Shown piece after piece: positions 5,231 through 12,983 of a stretch of DNA of 34,861 nt. Position numbers and translations under genes: made by a program. Below the pieces are notes generated by a model. The model had not been told where the DNA came from. It made no database searches and saw only the letters and a program-made list of their open reading frames with translations. The stretch covers positions 1 through 34,861 of the IMG/VR virus record IMGVR_UViG_3300045988_168171. The stretch is one strand, 5' to 3'. The DNA is from a virus. Numbering within the stretch: position 1 is the stretch's first letter; each line of letters starts with the position of its first letter.

Positions 5231-5895
5231 GTGCATCAAATTATCTTGTGATCCAGGACTGGATGATAGAGGAACTGAAATTGAAGGGCATGGATCTGAT
5301 CATCTATGCTATCATTTTCGGCTTCTCGCAGGACGATAGATCAGGCTTCGTAGGAAGCCAGAAGTACCTCGCATTCTGGTGCAACTCGTCCATAAGAGGG
5401 GTCCAGAAATCGCTTAATAAATTGACCCAAAATGGTCTCATTTACAAGTCGGATTCAGTGCTCAGGACAAGGAATCTAGACGAACTAAGTTCGTTAAAAA
5501 GCGAACAAAGTTCGTGTGAACAAGACGAACAAAGTTCATGTCAAAACGAACTCAGTTCGTGTCGAGGCGAACTTTGTTCCGAAAAAGACGAACTCAGTTC
5601 GCCCAATAATATAGATAATATATTTATATTAAAAGAAAAAATAAATAAAAAAGAAAAGTTGGATGCAGACGATGACGAAAAGAAACGTTTCAAAATACCA
5701 TCGGTCATTGAAATTGCATCCTATTGCAAGAAACGGAACAACACTGTTGATCCACAACGTTTTTTTGACTTTTATGAGTCCAAAGGCTGGATGATTGGAA
5801 AGAACAAAATGAAGGATTGGAAAGCAGCTGTTAGAACGTGGGAGAACCAGGAGCGAAAGAGAAGGCAAAGCAATGATACATTGCCATACGTATAG
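5227..5895 (+). CDS. Replication initiator / replisome-organizer-like protein containing the origin iterons
   Basis: AAGGAGGAAGG RBS before ATG 5227. The N-terminus is wHTH-like. The middle encodes repeated ELSS/EQSSC peptide from the DNA iterons. It lies directly upstream of the DnaB-like helicase. Confidence 0.75.
   Translation: MSASNYLVIQDWMIEELKLKGMDLIIYAIIFGFSQDDRSGFVGSQKYLAFWCNSSIRGVQKSLNKLTQNGLIYKSDSVLRTRNLDELSSLKSEQSSCEQDEQSSCQNELSSCRGELCSEKDELSSPNNIDNIFILKEKINKKEKLDADDDEKKRFKIPSVIEIASYCKKRNNTVDPQRFFDFYESKGWMIGKNKMKDWKAAVRTWENQERKRRQSNDTLPYV
5481..5601. repeat. Six phased 13-bp palindromic iterons (CGAACnnnGTTCG): putative origin of replication
   Basis: Copies start at 5481, 5502, 5526, 5547, 5568 and 5589 (spacing 21/24/21/21/21 bp), inside the initiator gene. 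Confidence 0.75.
5605..5658. promoter_or_regulatory. AT-rich tract adjacent to the iterons (putative DNA unwinding element)
   Basis: aataatatagataatatatttatattaaaagaaaaaataaataaaaaagaaaag immediately follows the last iteron. Confidence 0.5.
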
Positions 5896-5907
5896 AGGTG
5901 ATATCCG

Positions 5908-7116
5908 ATGATCTCAGAAAAACAGGGAACCCTGGAATATCATCTTGCAGCGATTGCCTGTTTTGACGATAAGTTCATCCAGGACCCAAACTTGAAAATT
6001 GAACTGTTTACCAATTCAGGTCTTAGGGAAATCGTCCGTGTATGCAAGAAAGTGTTTTCTACAAAGCATACTCTGGCAATGGAAGACATCGTTCTGGAAC
6101 TTTCAAAGGAAGGCCTGGAGAACACGTATATCGCATTGATGGATCATGCGTATGAAAAATCAAGGTATGACGATCTGCTGGATCAGTTGCAGACAAGCTG
6201 GATGATACGTGAATCCTACGCAAAGCTGGACGGTGTCAATGCCGAAGAGATCACATTTGATGAATATCAGTCTCAGGTTGCTTCACTTGGTAAGGATTTC
6301 AACCTGGGCACAGCGTCCAAATGGTCTGAGCAGAAGATCCTGGATGAGCTGCAGCGAAAGGAAGAGAAGATCCATTTCAGAAGGATGGCCTTTTATGAAG
6401 AAGTCGTGGCTCCATCCAAGAAGACGGTCAATGTGATTGCCGCAAGGACCGGTGTTGGGAAATCGGCATATGCATTGAACATCATGAACGACCTGGCCGA
6501 GCAGTACAAATGTCTGTATTTCAACCTAGAGATGACAGAGAAAGAAATCTATCAGAGGTTAATGGCCATCCAAAGTGGTGTTCCGATTCGAAACTTTACT
6601 TTTATGAAACAGAATGAATTTGTTCGATTTCAGGATGCTGCAAAAAGGTTTGATCAAAAGATGAAGGTGAGAATCTATTCTGGTTCCAAATCGATCGAAG
6701 GGGTTCGAAAGATCATAGCCAGAGAATCCAGGAACGAGCATTGCCTGGTGTTCATCGATCATATTGGTTATATCACCAATCGAAAGATCAATAACACACG
6801 TGAACGAGTGCAGCAGATCATGATCGATCTGAATAACATTTCAAAGGATTTCGACTGTACCATTTTTGCATTAAGCCAGTTGAATCGTAACGCGGATGAT
6901 TCACCAAAGCTGATCGATCTAAAGGATTCAGGTGAGGTGGAACAAACAGCACACTCAGTAGTTCTATTGAATGACTGCACCAAGGATTACTCGGATTCGA
7001 CACCGAGGTACGAGCTGATCTGTGCCAAAAACCGAGGGAGAACGGGGAAAAGAGAGGTTGTTTTCAACAAAAATAATCAGCAGTTTCAGAATTTAAAAGG
7101 AGGGCTAGTCGTATGA
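5908..7116 (+). CDS. DnaB-like replicative helicase
   Basis: Walker A ARTGVGKSAYALN, Walker B-like CLVFIDHIGYI, and an ALSQLNR motif. GAGGTG RBS. Confidence 0.9.
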   Translation: MISEKQGTLEYHLAAIACFDDKFIQDPNLKIELFTNSGLREIVRVCKKVFSTKHTLAMEDIVLELSKEGLENTYIALMDHAYEKSRYDDLLDQLQTSWMIRESYAKLDGVNAEEITFDEYQSQVASLGKDFNLGTASKWSEQKILDELQRKEEKIHFRRMAFYEEVVAPSKKTVNVIAARTGVGKSAYALNIMNDLAEQYKCLYFNLEMTEKEIYQRLMAIQSGVPIRNFTFMKQNEFVRFQDAAKRFDQKMKVRIYSGSKSIEGVRKIIARESRNEHCLVFIDHIGYITNRKINNTRERVQQIMIDLNNISKDFDCTIFALSQLNRNADDSPKLIDLKDSGEVEQTAHSVVLLNDCTKDYSDSTPRYELICAKNRGRTGKREVVFNKNNQQFQNLKGGLVV

Positions 7117-7328
7117 TCGCAACTTGCATGAGAGATAAAGCTAAATCAAATGTTCATATCGCATCATTCAAGAACCAGATGAAATATGGTGCTGAATATG
7201 AAGAAGAGATTGTCCCAGGGACAACGATGCTTTTGATCCCGGTAGAAAATGAAGATATCCCGGAAAGTCAAAAATACAGGCATTTCATTGTAAACGGGAA
7301 GATATATTCATGCCTTTTCGTAAAGTAG
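7113..7328 (+). CDS. Hypothetical protein (71 aa)
   Basis: ATGA overlap with the helicase stop. ORF track. Confidence 0.55.
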   Translation: MIATCMRDKAKSNVHIASFKNQMKYGAEYEEEIVPGTTMLLIPVENEDIPESQKYRHFIVNGKIYSCLFVK

Positions 7329-8227
7329 GTGATTCGAAGAAAAAAGAAAATTTAAGAAGAAAGATCGATTCTTTTATCGAAGAAGAGATATGTGATGAAA
7401 AATCATCCAAAACGATATCTGCATATCGTCGTATCCCTTTTGATTTTGTTAATCAACTAAAAGATGGCCAGGAAGTGACAAAGAAGGATATCCTGGCTTA
7501 CAAGGATCACTTGATCAAAAAATACAAGGCATCAACGGTTAATGTATATCTTACGATCCTGAATAAATTTATCAAATATTGCGAGGTCGTAGAAAACACA
7601 GATGAGTTTGATTTCACGATGCTAAAGAAACATTATTCAAAAAATGTCGTGAAGAACATTCGTATCCAGGCTCCAGATTCTTTGGATGACATCCTGAATC
7701 CATCCGATTTCAAAAGGATGAGACGAAAGGCCAAGGAAAAAGGGGATATGCGAACATATCTCATCTTATCGGTATATGGGTTTACAGGCATCCGTGCAAA
7801 GGAAATTGATTTCTTTACAGTGGATGCATTAAAGGCATCCAAGGATTTTGTACAGGTGACAAACAAAGGAAAGACACGTAAAGTACCGGTACCAGGAACA
7901 TTGAGAAGAGATCTTCTTCGATATGCCAAAGAGAATCATATTGATTCAGGGCCTATATTCAGGAATCATGATGGGCAGCCATTGTCTTATTCCAGGATCT
8001 ATCGATGTTTGAAAGACCTGGCAGGAGAATGCAGAGGAATCAAGAAGTCAAAAGTACATCCGCATTCATTTAGACATCTGTTTGCATATTATTTCCTGGA
8101 AGGAAACGAAAGCAGACTGGCAGAGCTGGCCGATATACTTGGCCATAGTTCTCTGGAAACAACAAGGATCTATCTCAGAACAACGATCAAGATGAAAAAA
8201 CAAAAAATGGAAAGGATAAAGTATTAA
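7310..8227 (+). CDS. Tyrosine recombinase / integrase (XerC/D-like, 305 aa), apparently intact
   Basis: An N-terminal core-binding-type domain, then GIRAKE (Arg), HPHSFRHLFA (HxxR) and LGHSSLETTRIYL (His/Tyr). Confidence 0.9.
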   Translation: MPFRKVGDSKKKENLRRKIDSFIEEEICDEKSSKTISAYRRIPFDFVNQLKDGQEVTKKDILAYKDHLIKKYKASTVNVYLTILNKFIKYCEVVENTDEFDFTMLKKHYSKNVVKNIRIQAPDSLDDILNPSDFKRMRRKAKEKGDMRTYLILSVYGFTGIRAKEIDFFTVDALKASKDFVQVTNKGKTRKVPVPGTLRRDLLRYAKENHIDSGPIFRNHDGQPLSYSRIYRCLKDLAGECRGIKKSKVHPHSFRHLFAYYFLEGNESRLAELADILGHSSLETTRIYLRTTIKMKKQKMERIKY

Positions 8228-8406
8228 TGGAACACACAAAGGAAGAAATTTTAAATGCGTTACACATTATAAGAGATGAATGTATAAAAAATACAAATTG
8301 CGAAAGATGCCCATTTAGGCTTGAATCTCATCGTTGCTATATTCAAAACATTCGACCAAATGTTTGGAAGATTAAAAGGAATGATAATTGGAGGGCATTT
8401 GAATGA
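8227..8406 (+). CDS. Small Cys-rich protein (59 aa), below the ORF-track cutoff
   Basis: TAATG overlap with the recombinase stop and ATGA overlap with the next ORF. Translation is MEHTKEEILNALHIIRDECIKNTNCERCPFRLESHRCY... Confidence 0.5.
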   Translation: MEHTKEEILNALHIIRDECIKNTNCERCPFRLESHRCYIQNIRPNVWKIKRNDNWRAFE

Positions 8407-8660
8407 TGCTGACTAAAGAAGAATGTTTAAATTCAGTAAATGAATTGATATTAAATTGGGGATATGAAGGACTTGAAGAAGACTTGGAACCAATATACCA
8501 ACTAATTAATGAACACTTTGACAATCCACCTTTGAAGTTTGAAGAGCTAAAAGAAAATATGTGGGTTTGGGACAATAACTGGAACCAATATTTTGAGATA
8601 TGTGAAATATATCCACAAACAAAAGAATTTGATGTTTTAATTCATCAAAATAGAATCTAA
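8403..8660 (+). CDS. Hypothetical protein (85 aa); C-terminus possibly frameshifted
   Basis: ORF track. A -1-frame mini-ORF (8654..8719) opens at its stop and couples to the next gene. Confidence 0.55.
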   Translation: MMLTKEECLNSVNELILNWGYEGLEEDLEPIYQLINEHFDNPPLKFEELKENMWVWDNNWNQYFEICEIYPQTKEFDVLIHQNRI

Positions 8661-8715
8661 GATATGAGCCTATGAAATTTGAAGAAAATCGTTTCTACAG
8701 AAAGCAGGTTATTCA

Positions 8716-8910
8716 ATGAAAATATTGTTATTGATTTTGGATTTTATATTTTACAGTATAATTTACTTTTCGATGAAGTTAGGTCTTGAATCAATTGGGA
8801 TAACAGGTTTATTGAATTGGATTATCATAATTGTTTCTATAATTACTTATGATTTAATTAATTATTATTTAGAAATCAGGTGGGAGAATGAACAAAGAAA
8901 CATTTTTTAG
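8716..8910 (+). CDS. Small membrane protein (64 aa, 2 TM)
   Basis: ORF track. Hydrophobic sequence MKILLLILDFIFYSIIYF... and ...WIIIIVSIITYDLI. Confidence 0.55.
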   Translation: MKILLLILDFIFYSIIYFSMKLGLESIGITGLLNWIIIIVSIITYDLINYYLEIRWENEQRNIF

Positions 8911-9034
8911 TCCAAAACCACCTATAAGAGATATAGAGCCACAAAGAGTAAATTGTATTGACCATAGAGAAATGGAATTTGAATATTTTATGCATCTTTT
9001 GCTTAACGAAAAATTGATGGAGGATCAGGAATGA
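8888..9034 (+). CDS. Small hypothetical protein (48 aa), below the ORF-track cutoff
   Basis: GGTGGGAG RBS directly before ATG 8888. ATGA overlap with the next gene at 9031. Confidence 0.45.
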   Translation: MNKETFFSPKPPIRDIEPQRVNCIDHREMEFEYFMHLLLNEKLMEDQE

Positions 9035-9306
9035 AAGAATTAAAACCATGCCCTTTTTGTGGAGGAAAGGCAGTAATACAGATACGAGATGAAGAAGGTA
9101 ATTTACACGATAAAGAATACGAAAAGAGTCCTTGGAGTGGCTTGTATTATACAATAGGTCATTATCATGAAGATAACATAATTTGTCCTATTGCTAATTA
9201 TAAAATCGATAATGGACAGATGGGTGTTTATTTATTTCCAAAAAAAGAAGAAGCAATAGAAGCATGGAATAGGAGAGTAGGAAATGAAAGCCGAACAAAT
9301 ATTTGA
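9031..9306 (+). CDS. Lar-family-like restriction-alleviation protein
   Basis: N-terminal LKPCPFCGGKA and C-terminal EEAIEAWNRR match the hallmark ends of the Lar family as I recall them. The second Cys pair is degenerate. Confidence 0.55.
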   Translation: MKELKPCPFCGGKAVIQIRDEEGNLHDKEYEKSPWSGLYYTIGHYHEDNIICPIANYKIDNGQMGVYLFPKKEEAIEAWNRRVGNESRTNI

Positions 9307-9487
9307 AAGATTAGGATGGGAAAAGGTAGAAGATTAAACATCATGTAAGATGTATAAAAGAGGATATAGAACGATATATTTTCTACAAAATGATCGTTGG
9401 ATAGTAACATCAGCAGGTCCTATGAGCATGGATGTTCTAAAAGCAGTAAATACGCAATGTAAAGAACTAGGGTGGTTGAATGATTGA
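9284..9487 (+). pseudogene. 67-codon reading frame interrupted by one in-frame TAA
   Basis: MKAEQIFERLGWEKVED, then TAA (9335-9337), then TSCKMYKRGYRTIYFLQNDRWIVTSAGPMSMDVLKAVNTQCKELGWLND, all in the same frame. The ends couple to neighbours by overlaps. Confidence 0.5.
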
Positions 9488-9758
9488 CTATGATGGATGT
9501 GTAGGTGTCCAAGTTATGCCTGATAATCCGAATGCGTTATTGCATTTTTTTATAAAAATACACCAAATTTTAATAGGTGAAGAAGAGTTGAAACAACGAA
9601 AATTAAAGAACAAGCAAATGGAGTTGGAACTCAAGTGTATAGATCCTGGTTTAAACCCAGATCTACACATTACAGGAGGGAATTGGCATGTTAGGAATAA
9701 TAATGTGGTTGGTGTTCACAATTCTAGCAATCGCAGCAATCATAAATGTGATTGTTAA
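9480..9758 (+). CDS. Hypothetical protein (92 aa), doubtful 3' part
   Basis: ORF track. ATGA coupling at 9480. The C-terminal third overlaps a better-supported membrane ORF (9688..9858). Confidence 0.35.
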   Translation: MIDYDGCVGVQVMPDNPNALLHFFIKIHQILIGEEELKQRKLKNKQMELELKCIDPGLNPDLHITGGNWHVRNNNVVGVHNSSNRSNHKCDC

Positions 9759-9858
9759 TTGGAAATATAAATATATGACTTATAACTTAGCGTTACTCAT
9801 TATGTGGGTATGCATCCTTTTTATGTGGATCGCTGTAATTATCAATAATGCTTTTTAG
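9688..9858 (+). CDS. Small membrane protein (56 aa, 2 TM), below the ORF-track cutoff
   Basis: AGGAGGG RBS 7 nt upstream. Translation is MLGIIMWLVFTILAIAAIINVIVNWKYKYMTYNLALLIMWVCILFMWIAVIINNAF. Confidence 0.5.
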   Translation: MLGIIMWLVFTILAIAAIINVIVNWKYKYMTYNLALLIMWVCILFMWIAVIINNAF

Positions 9859-9884
9859 TACCAAATAGAAGGAGAGAAACAATC

Positions 9885-10238
9885 ATGAAAAATTATGAAT
9901 TTCACAAAAATAAACTATCTGCCGGAGAAGCAATCTGTATTAGTGCTTTTATTTGCAGACATGGAAAATCTTGTGATGAACTTGAATGTAAAAAATGCGA
10001 ATTTGACGAAAACTTAGATTTGTCGTTACGTATATTATTGGCTGAACATATAGATCCAATAAAATTAAAGTCTTGGGAATACGATTTGATAAGAACAAAT
10101 GATATGTCTCATAACCGTGCGTTTGAAAGTTTCAACACATACATGAACATGAAACGAATAGGACATTTTGCAGGTATTAAAAATACCTCCATTACACTTG
10201 AAGATATCCTGAATAATTGTGAGGTCATCGATGATTAG
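9885..10238 (+). CDS. Hypothetical protein (117 aa)
   Basis: AGGAGAG RBS. ORF track. Cys cluster CRHGKSCDELECKKCEF. Confidence 0.6.
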   Translation: MKNYEFHKNKLSAGEAICISAFICRHGKSCDELECKKCEFDENLDLSLRILLAEHIDPIKLKSWEYDLIRTNDMSHNRAFESFNTYMNMKRIGHFAGIKNTSITLEDILNNCEVIDD

Positions 10239-10362
10239 AAAAATTCTTCCTCTAATCATCTTGGCTCTAGCATTATGGCTGATGGAAATAATTAGCTTTC
10301 CATTGTTGGAAGACGCAGGACCAATGCCAGGAATGGAGTCATTTTATGAAGAATATCATTGA
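10231..10362 (+). CDS. Small membrane peptide (43 aa), below the ORF-track cutoff
   Basis: Translation is MIRKILPLIILALALWLMEIISFPLLEDAGPMPGMESFYEEYH. It overlaps the preceding stop. Confidence 0.4.
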   Translation: MIRKILPLIILALALWLMEIISFPLLEDAGPMPGMESFYEEYH

Positions 10363-10489
10363 AATAGTTTTAACTGTACTTGGATGTTTTTTAACGGTCA
10401 TTGTATACACCATATTTGCGATGATTTTATCATTAATCGCATTTTGGCCAATCGTATTGTTGGTTGGTCTTGCGTTTTCCGTAATGTAA
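10346..10489 (+). CDS. Small membrane peptide (47 aa), below the ORF-track cutoff
   Basis: Translation is MKNIIEIVLTVLGCFLTVIVYTIFAMILSLIAFWPIVLLVGLAFSVM. Weak GGAG RBS. Confidence 0.45.
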   Translation: MKNIIEIVLTVLGCFLTVIVYTIFAMILSLIAFWPIVLLVGLAFSVM

Positions 10490-10520
10490 TGAGAAAAAAG
10501 GAGTTTAAGATGAGGTAGAT

Positions 10521-11210
10521 ATGCCAAGATACAATGAATATTTGATGTTGAATCCAAATGATCCAACAGAGGTTCTTGGAGAAGTCACAAGTAAGAAAAT
10601 TCAAAAGGACATGAACATGAACAACTTCCAATTCAGATCCTGGTTAAGTAGAGGCGGCATGTATAAAGGATGTGTCCTGGTCGAAAAATATTTTGATGAA
10701 GATCCGAGAGAAAAAAAGCAGTTTGATCAGTTGATTTTAACTAGCGATTCAGGCAAAAGATATTATGCTACTTCGGATTTCCGCATCTACGTGATTTATA
10801 AAAACAGGAAGAAAAAATATCTTTCGATATATCGAAAGAAAGGACGTAGAAATCAATATTTTGTGAAACTTGGGGACAAGGAACAAAATGCAGTGCGTAT
10901 TTTTGCATTACAGTTTCTAGGGATGCGATCCAATCAGGTATGCATACTCGAAGGAGACCTGAGACTTGAAAATATCAAGATATTCAATAAGCACGATTTT
11001 GCAAGCATCACAGGCAAAATGTCAAAATCAATCCCTGTAGGATTGTTCGATTCAGATCATAAAGTACGTGAATGGCAAAGTGCTAGAGATGCTGCAAAGG
11101 ATCTATACATCAGCAGACAGACAGTATGTGATTACTGTAATGGAAGAACTAAGAAACCCATGTATGATCTCAGGTGGCTTAGTCAAGATTTAAGGAGCAA
11201 AGGAATATGA
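10521..11210 (+). CDS. DNA-binding protein resembling a degenerate HNH/NUMOD-type homing endonuclease
   Basis: C-terminal WQSARDAAKDLYISRQTVCDYCNG looks like a NUMOD1/IENR-type HTH. The middle (YFVKLGDKEQNAVRIFALQFLG) resembles NUMOD4/HNH_3 but lacks catalytic His residues. Confidence 0.5.
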   Translation: MPRYNEYLMLNPNDPTEVLGEVTSKKIQKDMNMNNFQFRSWLSRGGMYKGCVLVEKYFDEDPREKKQFDQLILTSDSGKRYYATSDFRIYVIYKNRKKKYLSIYRKKGRRNQYFVKLGDKEQNAVRIFALQFLGMRSNQVCILEGDLRLENIKIFNKHDFASITGKMSKSIPVGLFDSDHKVREWQSARDAAKDLYISRQTVCDYCNGRTKKPMYDLRWLSQDLRSKGI

Positions 11211-11482
11211 AATACAAAGAGTTTGATGAAGCAAATCAACTTCATAAAAAAATCGAAGATCTACAAAGTTTAGTAGATCTGTTATCTTGCATCACTACTG
11301 TGATAGCGAAGATAGAAGGTAAAGGAGTAAATACGATAGATATAGATCTTCTTCCAATGATACGAAAAAAATCTTTTCGTTTCGTATCAACATATGACTT
11401 AGATGAAGAAGATATTCATTTTATGCTGGATTATTTCAAAAAGAAACTGAAAAGAAAAGAAAGTGAGTTTGAAAAACTATGA
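11207..11482 (+). CDS. Hypothetical protein (91 aa)
   Basis: ORF track. ATGA coupling at both ends. Confidence 0.6.
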   Translation: MKYKEFDEANQLHKKIEDLQSLVDLLSCITTVIAKIEGKGVNTIDIDLLPMIRKKSFRFVSTYDLDEEDIHFMLDYFKKKLKRKESEFEKL

Positions 11483-11961
11483 TTAAATTAAGTGAAATCG
11501 AAACTAAATATGGTAATTATCTTGTAGATGAAGATAAACTAAAAGAATTATTGGTAAAGCCAAAGCCTAAAACAATCTGGGACCTTAAAGAAGGGGATAC
11601 ATATTATCATATTAGTGCAAATTTTGGGGTTCTGCCATCTGTTTGGTATAATGATGCACCTTCTAATTTAAGAAGGAATTTGGGAACAGCGTTCCTGACT
11701 GAAAAAGAAGCAGAGATGGAATTTTGCCGTGAAGTATGTGAAACGATCATGATGAAGTATGGCAGAAGAACGTTTAAGTATAAAGATGATAACTATTCAC
11801 TTCAATTCGACAATACAAGTAAAAAAGTATATGTTGAAGTTTGGCATACTTGTCAGTTTCAAGGTTCTATTTACTTTGACACAAAAGAACTTGCTAAAAA
11901 GGCAATAAATGAAATCGGTGAAGAAAGACTTAAAAAGTATGTCTTTCGAATTGAGGAATAA
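11479..11961 (+). CDS. Hypothetical protein (160 aa)
   Basis: ORF track. Operon-coupled. Confidence 0.65.
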   Translation: MIKLSEIETKYGNYLVDEDKLKELLVKPKPKTIWDLKEGDTYYHISANFGVLPSVWYNDAPSNLRRNLGTAFLTEKEAEMEFCREVCETIMMKYGRRTFKYKDDNYSLQFDNTSKKVYVEVWHTCQFQGSIYFDTKELAKKAINEIGEERLKKYVFRIEE

Positions 11962-11964
11962 AAG

Positions 11965-12249
11965 ATGGACAAAGAATTAGTTAAAAAGATCATCCATAAA
12001 CATGGAACTGTCACTCAGTCGATGATCGCAATGGAAGAATGCTCTGAGTTGATCCAGGCAATCAGTAAATGTTTGAGAAGTAAAGAGATGATACCAACCG
12101 AAGTGAGAGAACATCTAATTGAGGAAATGGCAGATGTCATGATTTGTTTGGAACAGTTGATGGCCATGTATTCGATCACAGATAAAGAACTGATAAGTTG
12201 GATCGAAAGGAAAGAACTTCGATTGAAAAAGAGAGAAGGCATCATATGA
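11965..12249 (+). CDS. MazG-like nucleotide pyrophosphohydrolase
   Basis: EECSELIQA (EExxE) and LIEEMADVMICLEQL (EExxD) motifs in a 94-aa all-helical protein. Confidence 0.75.
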   Translation: MDKELVKKIIHKHGTVTQSMIAMEECSELIQAISKCLRSKEMIPTEVREHLIEEMADVMICLEQLMAMYSITDKELISWIERKELRLKKREGII

Positions 12250-12656
12250 ACAAAGTATTGCTGATTGGTCGATTGACGAAAGACCCGGAGATACGACATA
12301 CACAGAATGGAGCAACGGTCGTATCGTATACACTAGCAGTAAACAGACGTATTCAGACTCCAGGACAACCGGATGCAGATTTTATCAATTGTGTAGCATG
12401 GAACAAGACAGCGGATTTAATGGCACAGTATTTGCACAAGGGATCATTGATCGGTGTTGAAGGACGCATTCAGACACGTTCCTATGACAACCAGTATAGA
12501 AATCGTGTATATATCACGGAGGTCATGACCGAAAGCATACAGTTCCTGGAACCAAAGAATGCAGGAAAACAAAACACTGGATATGAGCCAAACAATACAG
12601 TCGGTTATGATCCAAATGAAACATTGAACATCGATGCCGATGATCTACCATTCTAA
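12246..12656 (+). CDS. ssb: Single-stranded DNA-binding protein
   Basis: MNKVLLIGRLTKDPE... OB-fold signature with a C-terminal acidic tip DADDLPF. ATGA overlap start at 12246; the track start 12198 is upstream. Confidence 0.92.
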   Translation: MNKVLLIGRLTKDPEIRHTQNGATVVSYTLAVNRRIQTPGQPDADFINCVAWNKTADLMAQYLHKGSLIGVEGRIQTRSYDNQYRNRVYITEVMTESIQFLEPKNAGKQNTGYEPNNTVGYDPNETLNIDADDLPF

Positions 12657-12668
12657 GGAGGAACAAAT

Positions 12669-12872
12669 ATGAATCAAGATGTAGAACGTATAGAGGTAGT
12701 TGATCCATCTTATATACCGTTTAACGTAAATTGTGGAGAATACTATTTGATTGATGAAGAAAATGAAGATATAAAAGATCTGCTTTATATATCTCCAAAC
12801 ACCTTAAAATTTAAAATGAATAAAGGCTGTATTGTAATAAAAATCATAAAAAAACAGGGTCAAAAATCTTAA
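12669..12872 (+). CDS. Hypothetical protein (67 aa)
   Basis: AAGGAGG RBS. ORF track. Confidence 0.6.
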   Translation: MNQDVERIEVVDPSYIPFNVNCGEYYLIDEENEDIKDLLYISPNTLKFKMNKGCIVIKIIKKQGQKS

Positions 12873-12923
12873 AAAGTTTTTGATGTTGAAAAAGCGGAAA
12901 AGTATTCGATAAATATTGAACAT

Positions 12924-12952
12924 TTGAAACGTTAATTTTTGTGAAGATAATA
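12924..12952 (+). promoter_or_regulatory. Possible internal promoter
   Basis: TTGAAA (12924-12929), then GATAAT/ATAATA at 12946-12952 with a 16-17-nt spacer, in a 110-bp gap. Followed by the small palindrome tgtagtaatctaca. Confidence 0.3.
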
Positions 12953-12983
12953 TGTAGTAATCTACACATAGAAAGGAGGAGGC

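Noticed and set aside
5481-5601. CRISPR array or coding tandem repeat of unknown function
   Set aside because: The repeats are only 13 bp, palindromic, at 21-bp phasing inside the initiator ORF, and followed by an AT-rich tract. This fits origin iterons. There are no cas genes.
7310-8227. Protelomerase, or a tail-fibre invertase (Gin/Cin-like) role for the intact recombinase
   Set aside because: At 305 aa it is far smaller than protelomerases, and I saw no telomere-type long palindrome. Gin/Cin are serine recombinases, and I found no inverted repeats flanking the fibre tip region by eye.
8672-8719. 15-codon mini-ORF as a genuine separate gene
   Set aside because: It is too short and has no RBS. 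It is better explained as the displaced C-terminus of 8403..8660 (reported as a low-confidence finding).
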